DNA from: Gemmatimonadales bacterium | GTDB taxonomy: Bacteria > Gemmatimonadota > Gemmatimonadetes > Gemmatimonadales > GWC2-71-9 | Reading direction: 5' to 3' | Assembly: GCA_041615815.1 (NCBI GenBank) | Contig: JBFJCP010000009.1 | Coordinates: forward strand, 63,091-127,090 | DNA: 64,000 bases | Part shown: in pieces, positions 63,833 through 64,000 of the stretch | How the letters are laid out: every line of letters starts with the position of its first letter | Position numbering within the stretch: position 1 is the first letter of the stretch | Program-made: the position numbers and the translations under genes | The notes under the pieces: generated by a model | The model's database searches: none | Seen by the model: the letters and a program-made list of their open reading frames with translations, nothing else | Told to the model about the DNA's origin: nothing

Positions 63833-64000
63833 TTAGTCCGAGCAGTCTCCCAACGGATAGACGAATCCACAGTTGGGACACGGGTTCTTGCAGCCCCACG
63901 GCTTAGGAGCCACGTGGAAGCCGCAGCGGAGACAGACAGGAAGCGGGGAGCGGGGAGCGGGGGGCGGGTCGGTCCGAGCCGGCGCCGATGCCTTCGGTTC
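63833..64000 (-). CDS. Cys-rich zinc-finger-like ORF, partial (start beyond the window; not in ORF track)
   Basis: Manual translation [55 protein letters not shown]. Confidence 0.7.
   Translation of the reverse strand, partial: EPKASAPARTDPPPAPRSPLPVCLRCGFHVAPKPWGCKNPCPNCGFVYPLGDCSD

Noticed and set aside
63834..63860. Second Rrf2 operator (TAGTCCG...CGGATA)
   Set aside because: Spacing does not match the 9-7-9 site, and the sequence is explained as the 3' end of the Cys-rich ORF.

Overview
GC-rich bacterial chromosomal segment. Gene order and protein style suggest a Gemmatimonadota-like organism (inference, no search run). Nearly all genes are on the minus strand in long, translationally coupled operons. 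In window order: a partial TPR protein; hutI-hutU-hutH; a lipoprotein with a sigma54-type promoter; a 1171-aa TatC-LptD fusion ending a hemA-galE-tolQRAB-pal-cpoB run; LysM/ssb; rimI-tsaB-tsaE-uvrB; relA/spoT-radC; secA-nadD-bamD-TPRs; a nucleotide-sugar cluster (uxs, ugd, wbpA/B/E/D-like, rmd, gmd) with murB and carB embedded; rpmB; the rpmJ-rpsMKD-rpoA-rplQ operon; pyrF/pyrD, an amidase and smpB; a desulfurase-like aminotransferase and an acyl-CoA ligase; tRNA-Leu(CAG); a YcbK/YcbB-like pair; and an Rrf2-cysM-JAB-(Ubl-E1-rhodanese) sulfur-transfer operon preceded by an unlisted Cys-rich ORF. I saw no CRISPR array, integrase or transposase. Most notable: the TatC-signal peptide-LptD polyprotein, enrichment of the Bacteroidota-type O-glycosylation sequon D-(S/T)-(A/I/L/V/M/T) in exported proteins, the Ubl-E1-rhodanese polyprotein with an IscR-like operator, and a four-Cys insertion in SecA. 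Start codons were curated by eye and many differ from the ORF track.
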